Shown: positions 36,731 to 49,506 of the stretch, one piece after another
Layout: each line of letters starts with the position of its first letter
Position numbering within the stretch: the stretch's first letter is position 1
Origin: an uncultured Bacilli bacterium
Lineage (GTDB): Bacteria; Bacillota_I; Bacilli_A; RFN20; CAG-449
DNA: 64,000 nt
Assembly (NCBI GenBank): GCA_947632435.1
Contig: CANRPC010000006.1
Span: 4,923-68,922 of the forward strand
Reading direction: 5' to 3'
Position numbers and translations under genes: made by a program
The notes under the pieces: generated by a model
Told to the model about the DNA's origin: nothing
Databases searched by the model: none
What the model saw: only the letters and a program-made list of their open reading frames with translations

Positions 36731-37897
36731 TTATTTAATTTTACGAAGAATTGCATAATCGCATACATTTTTATCAACAAATATTTCAATTTTATCATTT
36801 ACATGTCTAGTATCGAATACTTCTTCTTCATTAAGCACCATTTTTTCAATTTTAATTATTTGACTATCAATTTTATTTGGAACAATCATTTCAAAACAAT
36901 CATTTTTAAAAATTAAAGTCTTAGGAATCAAAAATATTTTGTCATCAATAACTCTAATATATCCTACAAATTCATTGTTAACTTCTTTTTTTTCATATTC
37001 AACCATATCACTTTTATCAATTTTTCCAAGAAAAAATGACTTGCCATAATCTCTACTTTCACATCTTAATAATTCTTTATTACAGAAATTTATTACTTCT
37101 TCATTTAACATATTTTTTTCATATGCATCAATATAATATCTATATGCTCTTACTACACTTGCAATATAATGAATTGATTTCATTCGCCCTTCAATTTTAA
37201 AAGAATTAATTCCTAAATCAAGTAATTTAGAAAAAAAACTAATGGAACATAAATCTTTACAACCAAAAAGAAATTTTTTATCATCATCAATTTTGTATGT
37301 CCAACGACATGAATGAGCACAGCAACCTTTGTTAGCTTTTCTTTGAGTATAAAAATCCGATAAATGACATCTTCCTGAAATTGAGGAACATAATCCTCCA
37401 TGAATAAATATTTCAATTTCTGTATCAATTTCTTTTTTCATACATTCTATATTTTTTATAGAACATTCTCTTGCTAATACAATTCGTTTTATATTAAATT
37501 CTTCTTTATAAAATTTAATCGCTGAGGAATTTGAAACTGAACATTGAGTAGATACATGCACATCGATTGGTAAATTATTATTTTTAACATATTCCATTAA
37601 CGCTACTGATGAAACAATTATTGCATCAACCTTTATTTTAACTAATTCTTTGATATACTTTTTAGCTTCTTCTAATTCTTTTTCATTAGGAATAATATTA
37701 ACAGTTACATGAACTTTTTTCCCTAAATTGTGTGCAAATTCTACACCCATTTTAATTTCTTCTAATGTGAAATTGTTTGCTTTTGCTCTTAATGAAAATT
37801 TCTTTCCCCCAATAAATACTGCATCTGCACCATATAAAAGTGCTACTTTTAATTTATCTAAATCACCTGCAGGTGCTAATAATTCAAATCTTGTCAT
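36731..37897 (-). CDS. Peptidase U32 family protein (RlhA/TrhP/YrrO-like).
   Basis: N-terminus FELLAPAGDLDKLKVALLYGADAVFIGG. The Cys cluster CAHSCRW...C is typical of U32. The start was refined to ATG 37897, which has a GAGGAAAA RBS. Confidence 0.8.
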   Translation of the reverse strand: MTRFELLAPAGDLDKLKVALLYGADAVFIGGKKFSLRAKANNFTLEEIKMGVEFAHNLGKKVHVTVNIIPNEKELEEAKKYIKELVKIKVDAIIVSSVALMEYVKNNNLPIDVHVSTQCSVSNSSAIKFYKEEFNIKRIVLARECSIKNIECMKKEIDTEIEIFIHGGLCSSISGRCHLSDFYTQRKANKGCCAHSCRWTYKIDDDKKFLFGCKDLCSISFFSKLLDLGINSFKIEGRMKSIHYIASVVRAYRYYIDAYEKNMLNEEVINFCNKELLRCESRDYGKSFFLGKIDKSDMVEYEKKEVNNEFVGYIRVIDDKIFLIPKTLIFKNDCFEMIVPNKIDSQIIKIEKMVLNEEEVFDTRHVNDKIEIFVDKNVCDYAILRKIK

Positions 37898-37898
37898 C

Positions 37899-38573
37899 TT
37901 AGTTTTCCTCAATAAAAATTGTGTCATATACTAAAAAAGCAATATTTTTTGGATATTTAATAATTTCTTTTTTTTCATTATAAATTAATGTTCCCACATT
38001 TGTTTCCTTAATTATTTGTTTTGATAATCGCGTTGATTCTTGAATAAAATGTGTTTCATTATTATCGATATCTTTTAAAGAAAGTAATTTTCTTCGGGAC
38101 ATAAATAAAATCTCATTATAAATACAAGAAATTCCAAATTTATCACAATTAGAATTTTCATCTAATAAATTTTCATTTCCATGCGGTAAAATAACAATAT
38201 CGATACCATGATTTAAAAGAATTTTAGCTTCTTCTAAAGTATTAAAACTTTCAAATGGGAAAAAAACTAATTTAAATTTTTTAGGATGATTTTTAAAAAT
38301 CTCTACAAAAGCAAAATCTTCAAAAAAAATGCCATCACTATGCAAAAAAATTTCTTTATATTCGTTTAATTTTATTATTTCATCTTCAAGTAAAATACGA
38401 TCACAACGTAAATATACTTTTTTATTGATTTCTTTTAATTTGGAAATTAAATTTTCAAGTTCATCTTTTTTTATGACATATTGTGAAAATGATGAAAATT
38501 CTGTTTCCACTAAAAATGCATCAGCATCTTTTGCGAGATTAAAAAGATTTTTATATGCATATACTTTTTCCAT
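37899..38573 (-). CDS. Short U32-like TIM-barrel paralog, the partner of the downstream U32 gene.
   Basis: 224 aa. DADAFLVE and GIDIVILP resemble the U32 N-terminal barrel. Arranged as a pair like B. subtilis yrrN/yrrO. Confidence 0.4.
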   Translation of the reverse strand: MEKVYAYKNLFNLAKDADAFLVETEFSSFSQYVIKKDELENLISKLKEINKKVYLRCDRILLEDEIIKLNEYKEIFLHSDGIFFEDFAFVEIFKNHPKKFKLVFFPFESFNTLEEAKILLNHGIDIVILPHGNENLLDENSNCDKFGISCIYNEILFMSRRKLLSLKDIDNNETHFIQESTRLSKQIIKETNVGTLIYNEKKEIIKYPKNIAFLVYDTIFIEEN

Positions 38574-38607
38574 AAATAATTAAAAATAAAATGCGATTAA
38601 ACGCATA

Positions 38608-39246
38608 TTATTTACTTCCTTCTTTTGATTTATCTTCGCTTTTTTTATCGTCTTTTTTCTTTTTATTACCAATTGGTTTAACTAAAACCCCAATTGTGAA
38701 AAGCAAAATAGATATTATTAATAAAAGTGAAGCAAAAATCCAAATCATTACAATATCATTTATTAAATTCGCTGTGAAGCACCAAACAGCAAAAGTAACA
38801 AGTAAAATATCGACAACAAATGTTATTACTTTATCAAAATTTTTACTTTCTTTGTGTTTAAATGTTAAAACAATTAAATTTGTTAATCCATGTATATAAA
38901 CAACAATCCCTACGGTTCTTGATGGAGTAATTATACTATCCATAAAATGAATAAATTGATTTAAAATACATAATACTGCAAAAACAGATATAATTGTAAA
39001 TTCAACAACTGTAGGAACATAGATATTTTTATCTCTGTTTTTGCTCATTTTTGGTAACAAATAGCCTGCTAGATATAAGATTAAAAGTAATGTTATTATT
39101 AAGTAAATTCCATCTCTTCCCCAATTTTTCCAAAATACCCAAGATGGAGTGTTATTCCAAAGAGGTGCAATGAAAATACTTAGTATTAAAAAAATAACAG
39201 CAAAAATAAAATATAGAAAAAATAATTTTGTCTTCTTAAATTTCAT
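38608..39246 (-). CDS. Hypothetical membrane protein with 5-6 transmembrane segments and a Lys-rich C-terminus.
   Basis: 212 aa. Starts 13 bp downstream of the atpC stop. Confidence 0.45.
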   Translation of the reverse strand: MKFKKTKLFFLYFIFAVIFLILSIFIAPLWNNTPSWVFWKNWGRDGIYLIITLLLILYLAGYLLPKMSKNRDKNIYVPTVVEFTIISVFAVLCILNQFIHFMDSIITPSRTVGIVVYIHGLTNLIVLTFKHKESKNFDKVITFVVDILLVTFAVWCFTANLINDIVMIWIFASLLLIISILLFTIGVLVKPIGNKKKKDDKKSEDKSKEGSK

Positions 39247-39259
39247 AATATCCTCCTTT

Positions 39260-39654
39260 TTATTTTGTAACTACATTTATTCTATTAATAGCTTTATTAA
39301 GCGCTAATTCAGCACGTTTGACATCAATATTTAACCCATTGGAAAGTCGATCTTCAGCACGAGCTTTAGCTTTTTTTGCTCTTTCTAAATCTATTTCTTC
39401 TTTTAATTCAAAAGAATCAGCTAAAATTATAACACTATTTTTTGAAATATGCAAAATTCCTCCACCGATGGCAATTTCCTCTATTTCATCTTTTTTATGG
39501 ATAACAAGTTTTGATATTTCTATAATTGCTTCTAAAGGTGTATGATTTTTCATAACCCCAATAACTCCGCAACTTGTAATAACTGTTATTAATTCTGCTT
39601 CACCAGAATACATTTTTCCATTTGGAGTGACAACTTTAAAATCAAATAATGCCA

Positions 39655-39655
<1 letters not shown>
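39260..39655 (-). CDS. atpC: ATP synthase F1 epsilon subunit.
   Basis: 131 aa in the conserved position after atpD. Confidence 0.85.
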
Positions 39656-41918
<2,263 letters not shown>

Positions 41919-41920
41919 AA

Positions 41921-43426
41921 TTACTCCTCAATATAACTTGAGGCAAATTCATCAAGCGCAGATTTTAATTTTGCCTTTAATTCATCGGATAATTTTTTTG
42001 TTTCAATTAATTCATCAATAATATCCTTATAATTTGATGTAACATAAATCCATTCTTTTTCTAAATAATCACTTATTTTTTTTCGATCAATATTATCTAA
42101 ATATCTCTGTTGAGCAGTAAATATTTCTACAACTTGTCTTTCCATAGTCATAGGTGAATATTGTGCTTGTTTTAAAACTTCCATCAAAGCTTCACCATGA
42201 TTTAAAACACGTTTAGTATTTTCATCTAAATCACTACCAAATTGTGAAAATGATTGTAATTCACGATAATTAGCAAGTTCTATTTTCAAAGAACCTGAAA
42301 CTTTTTTTATGCAAGGAAATTGTGCAGCAGAACCAACACGTGAAACAGATAATCCTGAATCTATAGCAGGTCTTTGACCAGCATTAAATAAATCAGTCAT
42401 TAAAAATATTTGTCCATCAGTGATAGAAATAACATTAGTAGGAATATATGCACTTATATCGCCTTCTTGAGTTTCTACAATTGGAAGAGCGGTGATTGAT
42501 CCACCACCATATTCTTTAGAAACTCTACATGCTCTTTCAAGCAATCTAGAATGCAAATAAAATACATCTCCTGGATATGCTTCTCTTCCTGGAGAACGTT
42601 TTAAAAGTAAAGATAAAGTTCTATATGCAACAGCATGTTTTGATAAATCATCATAAACGATTAAAACATCTTTTCCTTGTTCCATCCATTCTTCAGCAAT
42701 TGTTACACCAGTATAAGGAGCAATATATTGAAGTGGAGCAAGTTCACTTGCAGTTGCCGAAACCACAACTGTGTATTCCATTGCACCTTTATCTTTTAGC
42801 CTTTGTACAATTGAAGCTACTGAAGAATTTTTTTGACCTATTGCAACATAGACACAATAAACACCTTTGCCTTTTTGATTAATTATTGTATCTATAGCAA
42901 TTGCTGTTTTACCTGTTTGACGGTCACCAATAATAAGTTCTCTTTGTCCACGACCAATTGGAATCATTGCATCAATTGCTTTAATGCCTGTTTCAAGAGG
43001 TACAGAAACAGATTTTCTAGTCATAACTCCAGGAGCAATTCTTTCAATAGGTCGCATTTTATTTGTTGTAATTTGTCCTAATCCATCTATTGATTGACCT
43101 AACGAATTAACAACTCTTCCTAACATTGCATCTCCAACAGGTACTTCAACAATTAATTTCGTACGCTTTACAATATCGCCTTCTTTAATTAATTGATCAT
43201 CACCCAAAAGGACAGCACCTACGGAATCTTCATTAAGATTCATAACCATTCCATAGACATCATGAGGGAAAAGCAATAACTCACCATTCATGGCTTTATC
43301 CAAACCATAAACAAGAGCAATTCCATCACCAACGGATATAACACTTCCAACATCATTAGATTCTATTTTGTGACTATAATGTTTTATTTGCTCTTTAATT
43401 AAAGCACTTATTTCTTCTGTTTTCAT
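41921..43426 (-). CDS. atpA: ATP synthase F1 alpha subunit.
   Basis: [16 protein letters not shown]-loop. Confidence 0.95.
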   Translation of the reverse strand: MKTEEISALIKEQIKHYSHKIESNDVGSVISVGDGIALVYGLDKAMNGELLLFPHDVYGMVMNLNEDSVGAVLLGDDQLIKEGDIVKRTKLIVEVPVGDAMLGRVVNSLGQSIDGLGQITTNKMRPIERIAPGVMTRKSVSVPLETGIKAIDAMIPIGRGQRELIIGDRQTGKTAIAIDTIINQKGKGVYCVYVAIGQKNSSVASIVQRLKDKGAMEYTVVVSATASELAPLQYIAPYTGVTIAEEWMEQGKDVLIVYDDLSKHAVAYRTLSLLLKRSPGREAYPGDVFYLHSRLLERACRVSKEYGGGSITALPIVETQEGDISAYIPTNVISITDGQIFLMTDLFNAGQRPAIDSGLSVSRVGSAAQFPCIKKVSGSLKIELANYRELQSFSQFGSDLDENTKRVLNHGEALMEVLKQAQYSPMTMERQVVEIFTAQQRYLDNIDRKKISDYLEKEWIYVTSNYKDIIDELIETKKLSDELKAKLKSALDEFASSYIEE

Positions 43427-43968
43427 AAGTTATCCCCTTCCTTTTTAAGCGTGGATTTCAAACTTTCTAATTGATTTTTAATTGAACCATCATATATATG
43501 GTCTTTGATAATAACTTTTATTCCACCAATTAAACTTTCATCAATTTTATTTTCTAATTGCACTTTTTGTTTTTTCTTTGCATAAAATGCTTTTTCAATT
43601 TTAGAAATTTGATCTTCATTTAATTTAATTGAAGAATATATAATTCCTTTTTCAATATGAAATTTATTATTATACAAATCGTGAAAACAATCCATAATGT
43701 CTTCTACATAATTAAGCTTATGATTTGACATAATAACTTTCAAAAAATTTCGACTATTTTCTTCGTTCAAAAATGCAAAAACTTTATCTATAATTGCTAT
43801 TCTTTCTTCTTCGTTTAAAAGATAATTAGTAAGCAATGAAAGAAGTTCTTTATTTTCCATGAACACTTTTTTTATTGCAAGCACATCATCAAAATAAATA
43901 TTAAGTTTATTATTTTCTTCAGCAAGTGCAAAAAAAGCATTCGCGTAATGAGTCAATGTCGTGTCCAT
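43423..43968 (-). CDS. atpH: ATP synthase F1 delta subunit.
   Basis: 181 aa. Position in the operon. Confidence 0.75.
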   Translation of the reverse strand: MDTTLTHYANAFFALAEENNKLNIYFDDVLAIKKVFMENKELLSLLTNYLLNEEERIAIIDKVFAFLNEENSRNFLKVIMSNHKLNYVEDIMDCFHDLYNNKFHIEKGIIYSSIKLNEDQISKIEKAFYAKKKQKVQLENKIDESLIGGIKVIIKDHIYDGSIKNQLESLKSTLKKEGDNL

Positions 43969-43976
43969 AATCTACC

Positions 43977-44525
43977 TTAGTTCAATTTATCAATGAAGTC
44001 ATCAACCAATTTTTGATGATCTGCATCATTAATATCTCTTTTTAATACAGATGATGATGCAAGAAGAGCTACATCAATAATATCATTACGAATTTCTTCT
44101 TTAGCTTGAAGTTTCTCCAAAGCCATTTCCTCTTCTAATTGTTTTTGTTTTCTTGCTACTTCCTGATTAGCAGCGTCAATAATTTCATCTTTTGTATGTA
44201 TAGCATCTTGTTTTGCTTTTTCAATTATATCATTAGCTTGTGAACGTATTTTATTTAATTCTTGTTTACTTAATTCTAAATTTGCTGTTGCTTCTTGTTT
44301 TTTGTTTTTAGCATCTTTTAATTCATTTGCTACAAATTCTTGCCTTTTGACAAGATAATTGTTAACAGGTTTATAAGCAAATTTTATAACAATAAAAACT
44401 AATACTAAAAACGCTAAAAGTTGCATTAAAAACGCCCAAAAATTTGGTACTATCTTATGGATAATATCATCGGGGTTAATAATATCGTCTAAAACAGACA
44501 TATTTAAAAAATTAACAATTTTCAT
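43977..44525 (-). CDS. atpF: ATP synthase Fo subunit b.
   Basis: N-terminal transmembrane segment followed by a long charged coiled-coil. Confidence 0.75.
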   Translation of the reverse strand: MKIVNFLNMSVLDDIINPDDIIHKIVPNFWAFLMQLLAFLVLVFIVIKFAYKPVNNYLVKRQEFVANELKDAKNKKQEATANLELSKQELNKIRSQANDIIEKAKQDAIHTKDEIIDAANQEVARKQKQLEEEMALEKLQAKEEIRNDIIDVALLASSSVLKRDINDADHQKLVDDFIDKLN

Positions 44526-44552
44526 AAATACTTCCTTTCCTTAATGCACAAA

Positions 44553-44765
44553 TTAACCTAAGAAAATACAAAGAATGCCTATCAAAAGTGCATAAATACT
44601 AGTTGTTTCATCAAGCGCACAACCTAAAATCATAGATGTACGTAATTTTGAATACATTTCAGGATTTCTGGCCATTCCTTCAATAGCTTTTGAACAAATT
44701 AAGCCTTCACCAATTGCACAACCAGCACCGCCTAAAATTGCAATACCTGCAGCTAGAAAATTCAT
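44553..44765 (-). CDS. atpE: ATP synthase Fo subunit c.
   Basis: 70-aa two-helix proteolipid containing the GCALDE carboxylate motif. Confidence 0.8.
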   Translation of the reverse strand: MNFLAAGIAILGGAGCAIGEGLICSKAIEGMARNPEMYSKLRTSMILGCALDETTSIYALLIGILCIFLG

Positions 44766-44778
44766 TTTTTCACCCCCT

Positions 44779-45537
44779 TTAATTCTTATTTAAAGTTAAC
44801 AATTCTTCTTCAGACTCATCAGGATCTTCTTGAGATACAAAGATCATTGTTAACATCGTAAATACTAAAGTTTGAATCATTCCTGAGAATAAATCAAAAT
44901 ATGCGTGTAAAATAGGAGTTATAAATGGAGGAATAATAACTTGAGAAATTCCTGAATTTAAAAAGCCAAAAATCATTGTAGAAACATTTCCTAAAGCATA
45001 ATAAACTATTGTCATTAAAACAAAGCCACTTAGGGCATTACCAAATAAACGTAATGATAATGATAATAATGGTGACCACATCGATAATAAATTAATTGGC
45101 AAAAAAATTGGAACTGGATCAATATATCTTTTAAAATATCCTAATTTGTTTGCCTTCATAGCAGTAACATGAATTAATACAAAAGTACAAAGTCCTAAAC
45201 TTAATGGCACACCAAGATAAGTCATTGGTGAAGGTAATCCAGTTAAAGAAAAAATAAATGCAAGAAATACATAGGCGAATAAACATAAAGCATAGCCCGA
45301 AAATTTTTCCCATTTTTTTCCCATTAAATCAGTTGTAAAAGATTTGACAGTTTGTACAATAAAAGAAATAGTTACTATAAATTTACTTGGTTTTTCTTCA
45401 TATGGATCAGCATTTTTAAATTTAAAATAAATAACAAAACAGATAATAGCAATTATAAACATGACCAAAAAAGAAGATATAATTTCTCCAGGAATATCAA
45501 ATTTAAACATATTTTTAATAGCATCTTCTAATTTCAT
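44779..45537 (-). CDS. atpB: ATP synthase Fo subunit a.
   Basis: 252 aa, polytopic. Conserved R in LSLRLFGN. Confidence 0.8.
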   Translation of the reverse strand: MKLEDAIKNMFKFDIPGEIISSFLVMFIIAIICFVIYFKFKNADPYEEKPSKFIVTISFIVQTVKSFTTDLMGKKWEKFSGYALCLFAYVFLAFIFSLTGLPSPMTYLGVPLSLGLCTFVLIHVTAMKANKLGYFKRYIDPVPIFLPINLLSMWSPLLSLSLRLFGNALSGFVLMTIVYYALGNVSTMIFGFLNSGISQVIIPPFITPILHAYFDLFSGMIQTLVFTMLTMIFVSQEDPDESEEELLTLNKN

Positions 45538-45540
45538 AAA

Positions 45541-45924
45541 TTAACTATCCTTCTTTATAATAAGAATAACATTTATTAATGCAAATGGAATCGTTGCACC
45601 AATTAGATTTAAAAATTTCAATTTATTATCTACTCCATCAACAAAATAAATAATAATTGCAGGGATTAATAACCCTAAAATCACAACAAGAAATCTTAAA
45701 AAGGTAAAAAGCATAAATAATCCAGCTTTTGTATCATCACTATTTGGCTTAATAAAAGAACTCCCTTTGATTAATAAAAAAGAATATATTAGGGAAAATA
45801 TTGAAGCAATAGTAATACATAAAAATATTTCCCAATCGCGAAAAAATAATCCTACTAAAGATAATAAAATTAAAACTAAACATGAAATTAAATGAATCAA
45901 TAATATTTTTAATTCATACTTCAC
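45541..45924 (-). CDS. atpI: AtpI-like small membrane protein, the first gene of the atp operon.
   Basis: 127 aa with 4 transmembrane segments, immediately upstream of atpB. Confidence 0.5.
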   Translation of the reverse strand: MKYELKILLIHLISCLVLILLSLVGLFFRDWEIFLCITIASIFSLIYSFLLIKGSSFIKPNSDDTKAGLFMLFTFLRFLVVILGLLIPAIIIYFVDGVDNKLKFLNLIGATIPFALINVILIIKKDS

Positions 45925-46102
45925 GTTTTAGCCTCCTTTTGTAAGATTTCTTTTTAACAAAATAATTATAATTGAAAGCGCTTTATAATTCTACAATTTT
46001 TTTCATTTTATTTAGCTAAAATAACTATAATTTTTTTATAAACAATTGGTAATTTATTTGTTGCGTTTAACAAAAAAATTATTAAATATAATTATTCAAG
46101 AT

Positions 46103-47398
46103 TTAATCATATAAATTAATTTGTTCACCACGAACATATTTATCAATTAAAGCAAAATTATCTAAATTTAAATAAATTGCTCTTTCTATTCTTTTGCGAA
46201 TAGAAATATTGTTATTTAATCCTAATTTTTTATCATTAATAACAACAGCATCAAATTCATAACCTTTTTTAAAAGTTCCAACTTTATTAAAGAATTTACC
46301 TCCTCCTAATGTTGCAAGATAAAATGCTTCTTCAAAACTTAATGATTCAACATTAGCATCAATAAAATGTTTATAATATTTAGAAACCTGAATAGCGCAT
46401 TTAATTACTTCAAACATTGATAAATTATTTCCTGCAGCAACATCGCTACCCAAGCCAACATTTAAACCTAATTTCAAATATTTTTTTATTGGTGCAATAC
46501 CAGAATTTAAATTAATATTAGACGTTGGGCAATGCGCTACAAAAACTTTGTTTTTCTTTAATAAATCAATTTCTTTTTCTGAAGAATGTACACAGTGAGC
46601 CATAATGGTTTTAAATGTTTTATGCTTTTGATGATTATACCCAAAAAGATTAAAATTATCATACACTTTACCATAAAAAGAACTTGTTGGAAAAAGTTCT
46701 TTAACCCAATTAATTTCTTTTTTATTTTCTGAAAGATGTGATTGAACAGGTAAATTAAATTTACTTTGAATATTTTTTAACCCATTGAGCAAATCAACAG
46801 AACATGAAGGTATAAATCTAGGTGTTAAAATTGGTTTTGTATTTTCAAAAGTATTAACCTTTTTTAGCCATAATAATGTATCTTCGATTGATTGTTCAGC
46901 ATTTTTTTCATCAATTATTTCAAGTCCATTTTGATCCATATTTACTTTTCCAACATACGTAATCAATTTAGACTTCTCTAATTGAGACATAAGTTCTATA
47001 GAAGATAAAACGTGACGCGTTGCAAAAATACATGCACGTGTTGTTACACTATTTTTTAATGAATGAGTAAAATTTTCATATGCTCTTTTAGCATATTTTA
47101 AACTTTTATATCTACTTTCTTCTTTAAAAGCAATATTATTTAACCATTCAATAAGTTCTAAATCCATTTTGGTTCCAATAAAAGCATATTGAGGCGCATG
47201 CAAATGTAAATCTATAAAACCTGGCATAATTAATGCATCTTTATAATCAATAATTTTAAATTGTTTATATTCTATTGGTAATTCTTTAAATACGCCTTTG
47301 CAAATACCATCTTCGCATACAACATAAGATTTTTTTCTCGTAATTATTTTCTTCTTTTCAGTCGCGTAAATAATATTTCCTTTAAGAACAAATTTCAT
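46103..47398 (-). CDS. guaD: Amidohydrolase-superfamily guanine deaminase-like protein.
   Basis: PGFIDLHLHAPQY metal-binding motif, HCVH and GLGSDVAAG. Confidence 0.7.
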   Translation of the reverse strand: MKFVLKGNIIYATEKKKIITRKKSYVVCEDGICKGVFKELPIEYKQFKIIDYKDALIMPGFIDLHLHAPQYAFIGTKMDLELIEWLNNIAFKEESRYKSLKYAKRAYENFTHSLKNSVTTRACIFATRHVLSSIELMSQLEKSKLITYVGKVNMDQNGLEIIDEKNAEQSIEDTLLWLKKVNTFENTKPILTPRFIPSCSVDLLNGLKNIQSKFNLPVQSHLSENKKEINWVKELFPTSSFYGKVYDNFNLFGYNHQKHKTFKTIMAHCVHSSEKEIDLLKKNKVFVAHCPTSNINLNSGIAPIKKYLKLGLNVGLGSDVAAGNNLSMFEVIKCAIQVSKYYKHFIDANVESLSFEEAFYLATLGGGKFFNKVGTFKKGYEFDAVVINDKKLGLNNNISIRKRIERAIYLNLDNFALIDKYVRGEQINLYD

Positions 47399-47412
47399 TA
47401 ATAAATTCTCCT

Positions 47413-47443
47413 AAAAAAAAACTGATGCTTTATTGCATCAGTT
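47413..47443 (-). terminator. Rho-independent terminator after the tRNA pair: hairpin AACTGATGC...GCATCAGTT followed by a T8 run on the minus strand.
   Basis: Read from the sequence. Confidence 0.55.
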
Positions 47444-47454
47444 ATAGTCATTAA

Positions 47455-47531
47455 TGGTGACCTATACGGGATTCGAACCCATGAGTGCATGCGTGAAAGG
47501 CATGTGAGTTAAGCCACTTCTCCAATAGGCC
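47455..47531 (-). tRNA. trnE: tRNA-Glu (anticodon UUC).
   Basis: Sense sequence GGCCTATTGG...CATGC-CTTTCAC-GCATG...GGTTCGAATCCCGTATAGGTCACCA. Anticodon loop CTTTCAC. Confidence 0.8.
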
Positions 47532-47535
47532 ATGA

Positions 47536-47610
47536 TGGCGCCTAGCATAGGGCTCGAACCTACAACCGATCGGTTAACAGCCGATTGCTCTGCCATTGAG
47601 CTAGCTAGGC
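47536..47610 (-). tRNA. trnN: tRNA-Asn (anticodon GUU).
   Basis: Sense sequence GCCTAGCTAGCTCAATGGCAGAGCAATCGG-CTGTTAA-CCGAT...GGTTCGAGCCCTATGCTAGGCGCCA. Confidence 0.8.
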
Positions 47611-47683
47611 ATAGATTTGCCATTTAACAGGCAAATAAAATACTATCATTTAATAAGATAAAATGCAATAACTTTTTTTATTT

Positions 47684-47920
47684 TTATTTTAAAATTTTAT
47701 GTTCAACAATATTATAAACATCTTGGACTGTTTTTAAATTTATCATTTCATCTTCTTCGAGCTGGATGTTTAATTCTTCTTCAATTTCCATAAGTACTTC
47801 CGCTAAGTCTAATGAATCTAAACCTAAGTCCTTTAAATTTGTCTCAGGTGTAATTGTTTTTACTTTACTTGTTTTAGCAATTATCTCTTTTAATTTTTCT
47901 TTATAATCCATAAATTGCAA
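47684..47920 (-). CDS. acpP: Acyl carrier protein.
   Basis: 78 aa. LGLDSLDLAEVLMEIEEE phosphopantetheine-attachment site. Confidence 0.8.
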   Translation of the reverse strand: MQFMDYKEKLKEIIAKTSKVKTITPETNLKDLGLDSLDLAEVLMEIEEELNIQLEEDEMINLKTVQDVYNIVEHKILK

Positions 47921-48033
47921 TCTCCTTAAATCATGTAAATTTTACCATGATTATTTTTTAGTTGCAATATTTAAATCTTATATTCATTATCTAATTAATG
48001 GAAAATTGTATTAATTTTTACTATAAAATTTAT

Positions 48034-49503
48034 TTAAAAAATGCGAGTTGCTTTTACAGCTAATTTCCATTTTTTATATTTATTTTTGCGTTCTTCTTTT
48101 GACATGTTAGGAACAAAAATTTGTTTTATTTGATGAAATTTAATTATTTCCTCTATTGAATGAAATTTTTTTAGATTTAACATGCATAAATAAAAAGCAC
48201 CAAGAGAAGTTGTTTCAAAAATTTTTCCTTTTTGTAATTTCATGTTTAATATATCACTTTGAAATTGCATCAAATAATTATTGTTTGATGCTCCTCCATC
48301 TACACGCAATGATTTAAATTTCAATTTAGTTTCTTTTTTAATTGTTTCAATTACATCTTTTGATTGAAAAGCAATAGATTCTAATGTTGCTTTAATAAGA
48401 GAATATTTCGATGAATTTCTTGTAAGATTAAATATTGCACCACGACAATTATTATCCCAATATGGTGTTCCTAAACCAACAAAAGCGGGAACAACATATA
48501 CTTCATCTTCAGCTTTATTAACAGCTTCTTCTGATTCAGCTGCATTTTTGATTAATTCTAATTTATCTCTAAGCCATTGTATACTTGCGCCACCTATTAA
48601 TACAGATCCTTCAAGTGCATATGTAACTTTACCATTTATACCATAAGCAATTGTCGTAAGTAATCCATTAGAAAATAATTTTGCTTTTTCACCTAAATTG
48701 GTTAAAATAAAACATCCAGTTCCATAAGTGTTTTTAATGTCACCTTCTTTAAAACAAGCTTGCCCGATTAAAGAAGACTGTTGATCACCAATCAAAGAAG
48801 ATATTAATACTTTATATTGTGATGATAAGATATTACTATAACCAAAATTTGATGCTGAATCACAAACCTCTGGTAACATTATAGATGGAATATTAAATAA
48901 TTTTAATAAATCTTCATCCCATTTTTTTTCAAAAATATTAAATAACAAAGTCCTTGAAGCATTTGTATAATCCGTTTTAAATGATTTACCATTTGTTAAA
49001 CGATATAATAAAAAAGTATCAACAGTTCCAAATAAAATTTCTCCCTTTTGCGCTCTTTCTTGACCATTTTCTATATGATCAAGTAAATAGCGAATTTTAG
49101 ATGCAGAAAAATATGGATTTAAAATTAATCCTGTTTTTTGAAAAATAAAATCTTTTTTATCTTCTAGTGATTCACAAATTGCTTGTGATTGCTTTGACTG
49201 CCAAACAATAGCTTTTCCTAATGGTTCACCATTTTTATCGAAAACAATCGTAGTTTCTCTTTGATTTGTGATTCCAATAGAAATAATTTGGTTAGGGGCA
49301 AGATTTTTTTTAACCATTATTTCAGAAATTGTATCATTTACTGAAAGAAATATTTCTAAGGCATCTTGTTCAACTGCTCCAGGAAATGGATAATAACATT
49401 TCACTTCTTTTTGTGAAGTAAAAATAATATTTCCTTTTAAATCAAAAAGTATAGCTCTAGTGGAAGTTGTTCCTTGATCTATAATTATAATATACTTTTC
49501 CAT
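48034..49503 (-). CDS. glpK: Glycerol kinase.
   Basis: N-terminus IIDQGTTSTRAILFD. FGGY kinase motifs. 489 aa. Confidence 0.9.
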   Translation of the reverse strand: MEKYIIIIDQGTTSTRAILFDLKGNIIFTSQKEVKCYYPFPGAVEQDALEIFLSVNDTISEIMVKKNLAPNQIISIGITNQRETTIVFDKNGEPLGKAIVWQSKQSQAICESLEDKKDFIFQKTGLILNPYFSASKIRYLLDHIENGQERAQKGEILFGTVDTFLLYRLTNGKSFKTDYTNASRTLLFNIFEKKWDEDLLKLFNIPSIMLPEVCDSASNFGYSNILSSQYKVLISSLIGDQQSSLIGQACFKEGDIKNTYGTGCFILTNLGEKAKLFSNGLLTTIAYGINGKVTYALEGSVLIGGASIQWLRDKLELIKNAAESEEAVNKAEDEVYVVPAFVGLGTPYWDNNCRGAIFNLTRNSSKYSLIKATLESIAFQSKDVIETIKKETKLKFKSLRVDGGASNNNYLMQFQSDILNMKLQKGKIFETTSLGAFYLCMLNLKKFHSIEEIIKFHQIKQIFVPNMSKEERKNKYKKWKLAVKATRIF

Positions 49504-49506
49504 ATT

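Noticed and set aside
47611-47683. Hairpin ATTTGCC..GGCAAAT between acpP and tRNA-Asn, considered as a terminator.
   Set aside because: On the transcribed (minus) strand it is not followed by a U-tract. It may be structural, but there is no support for an intrinsic terminator.
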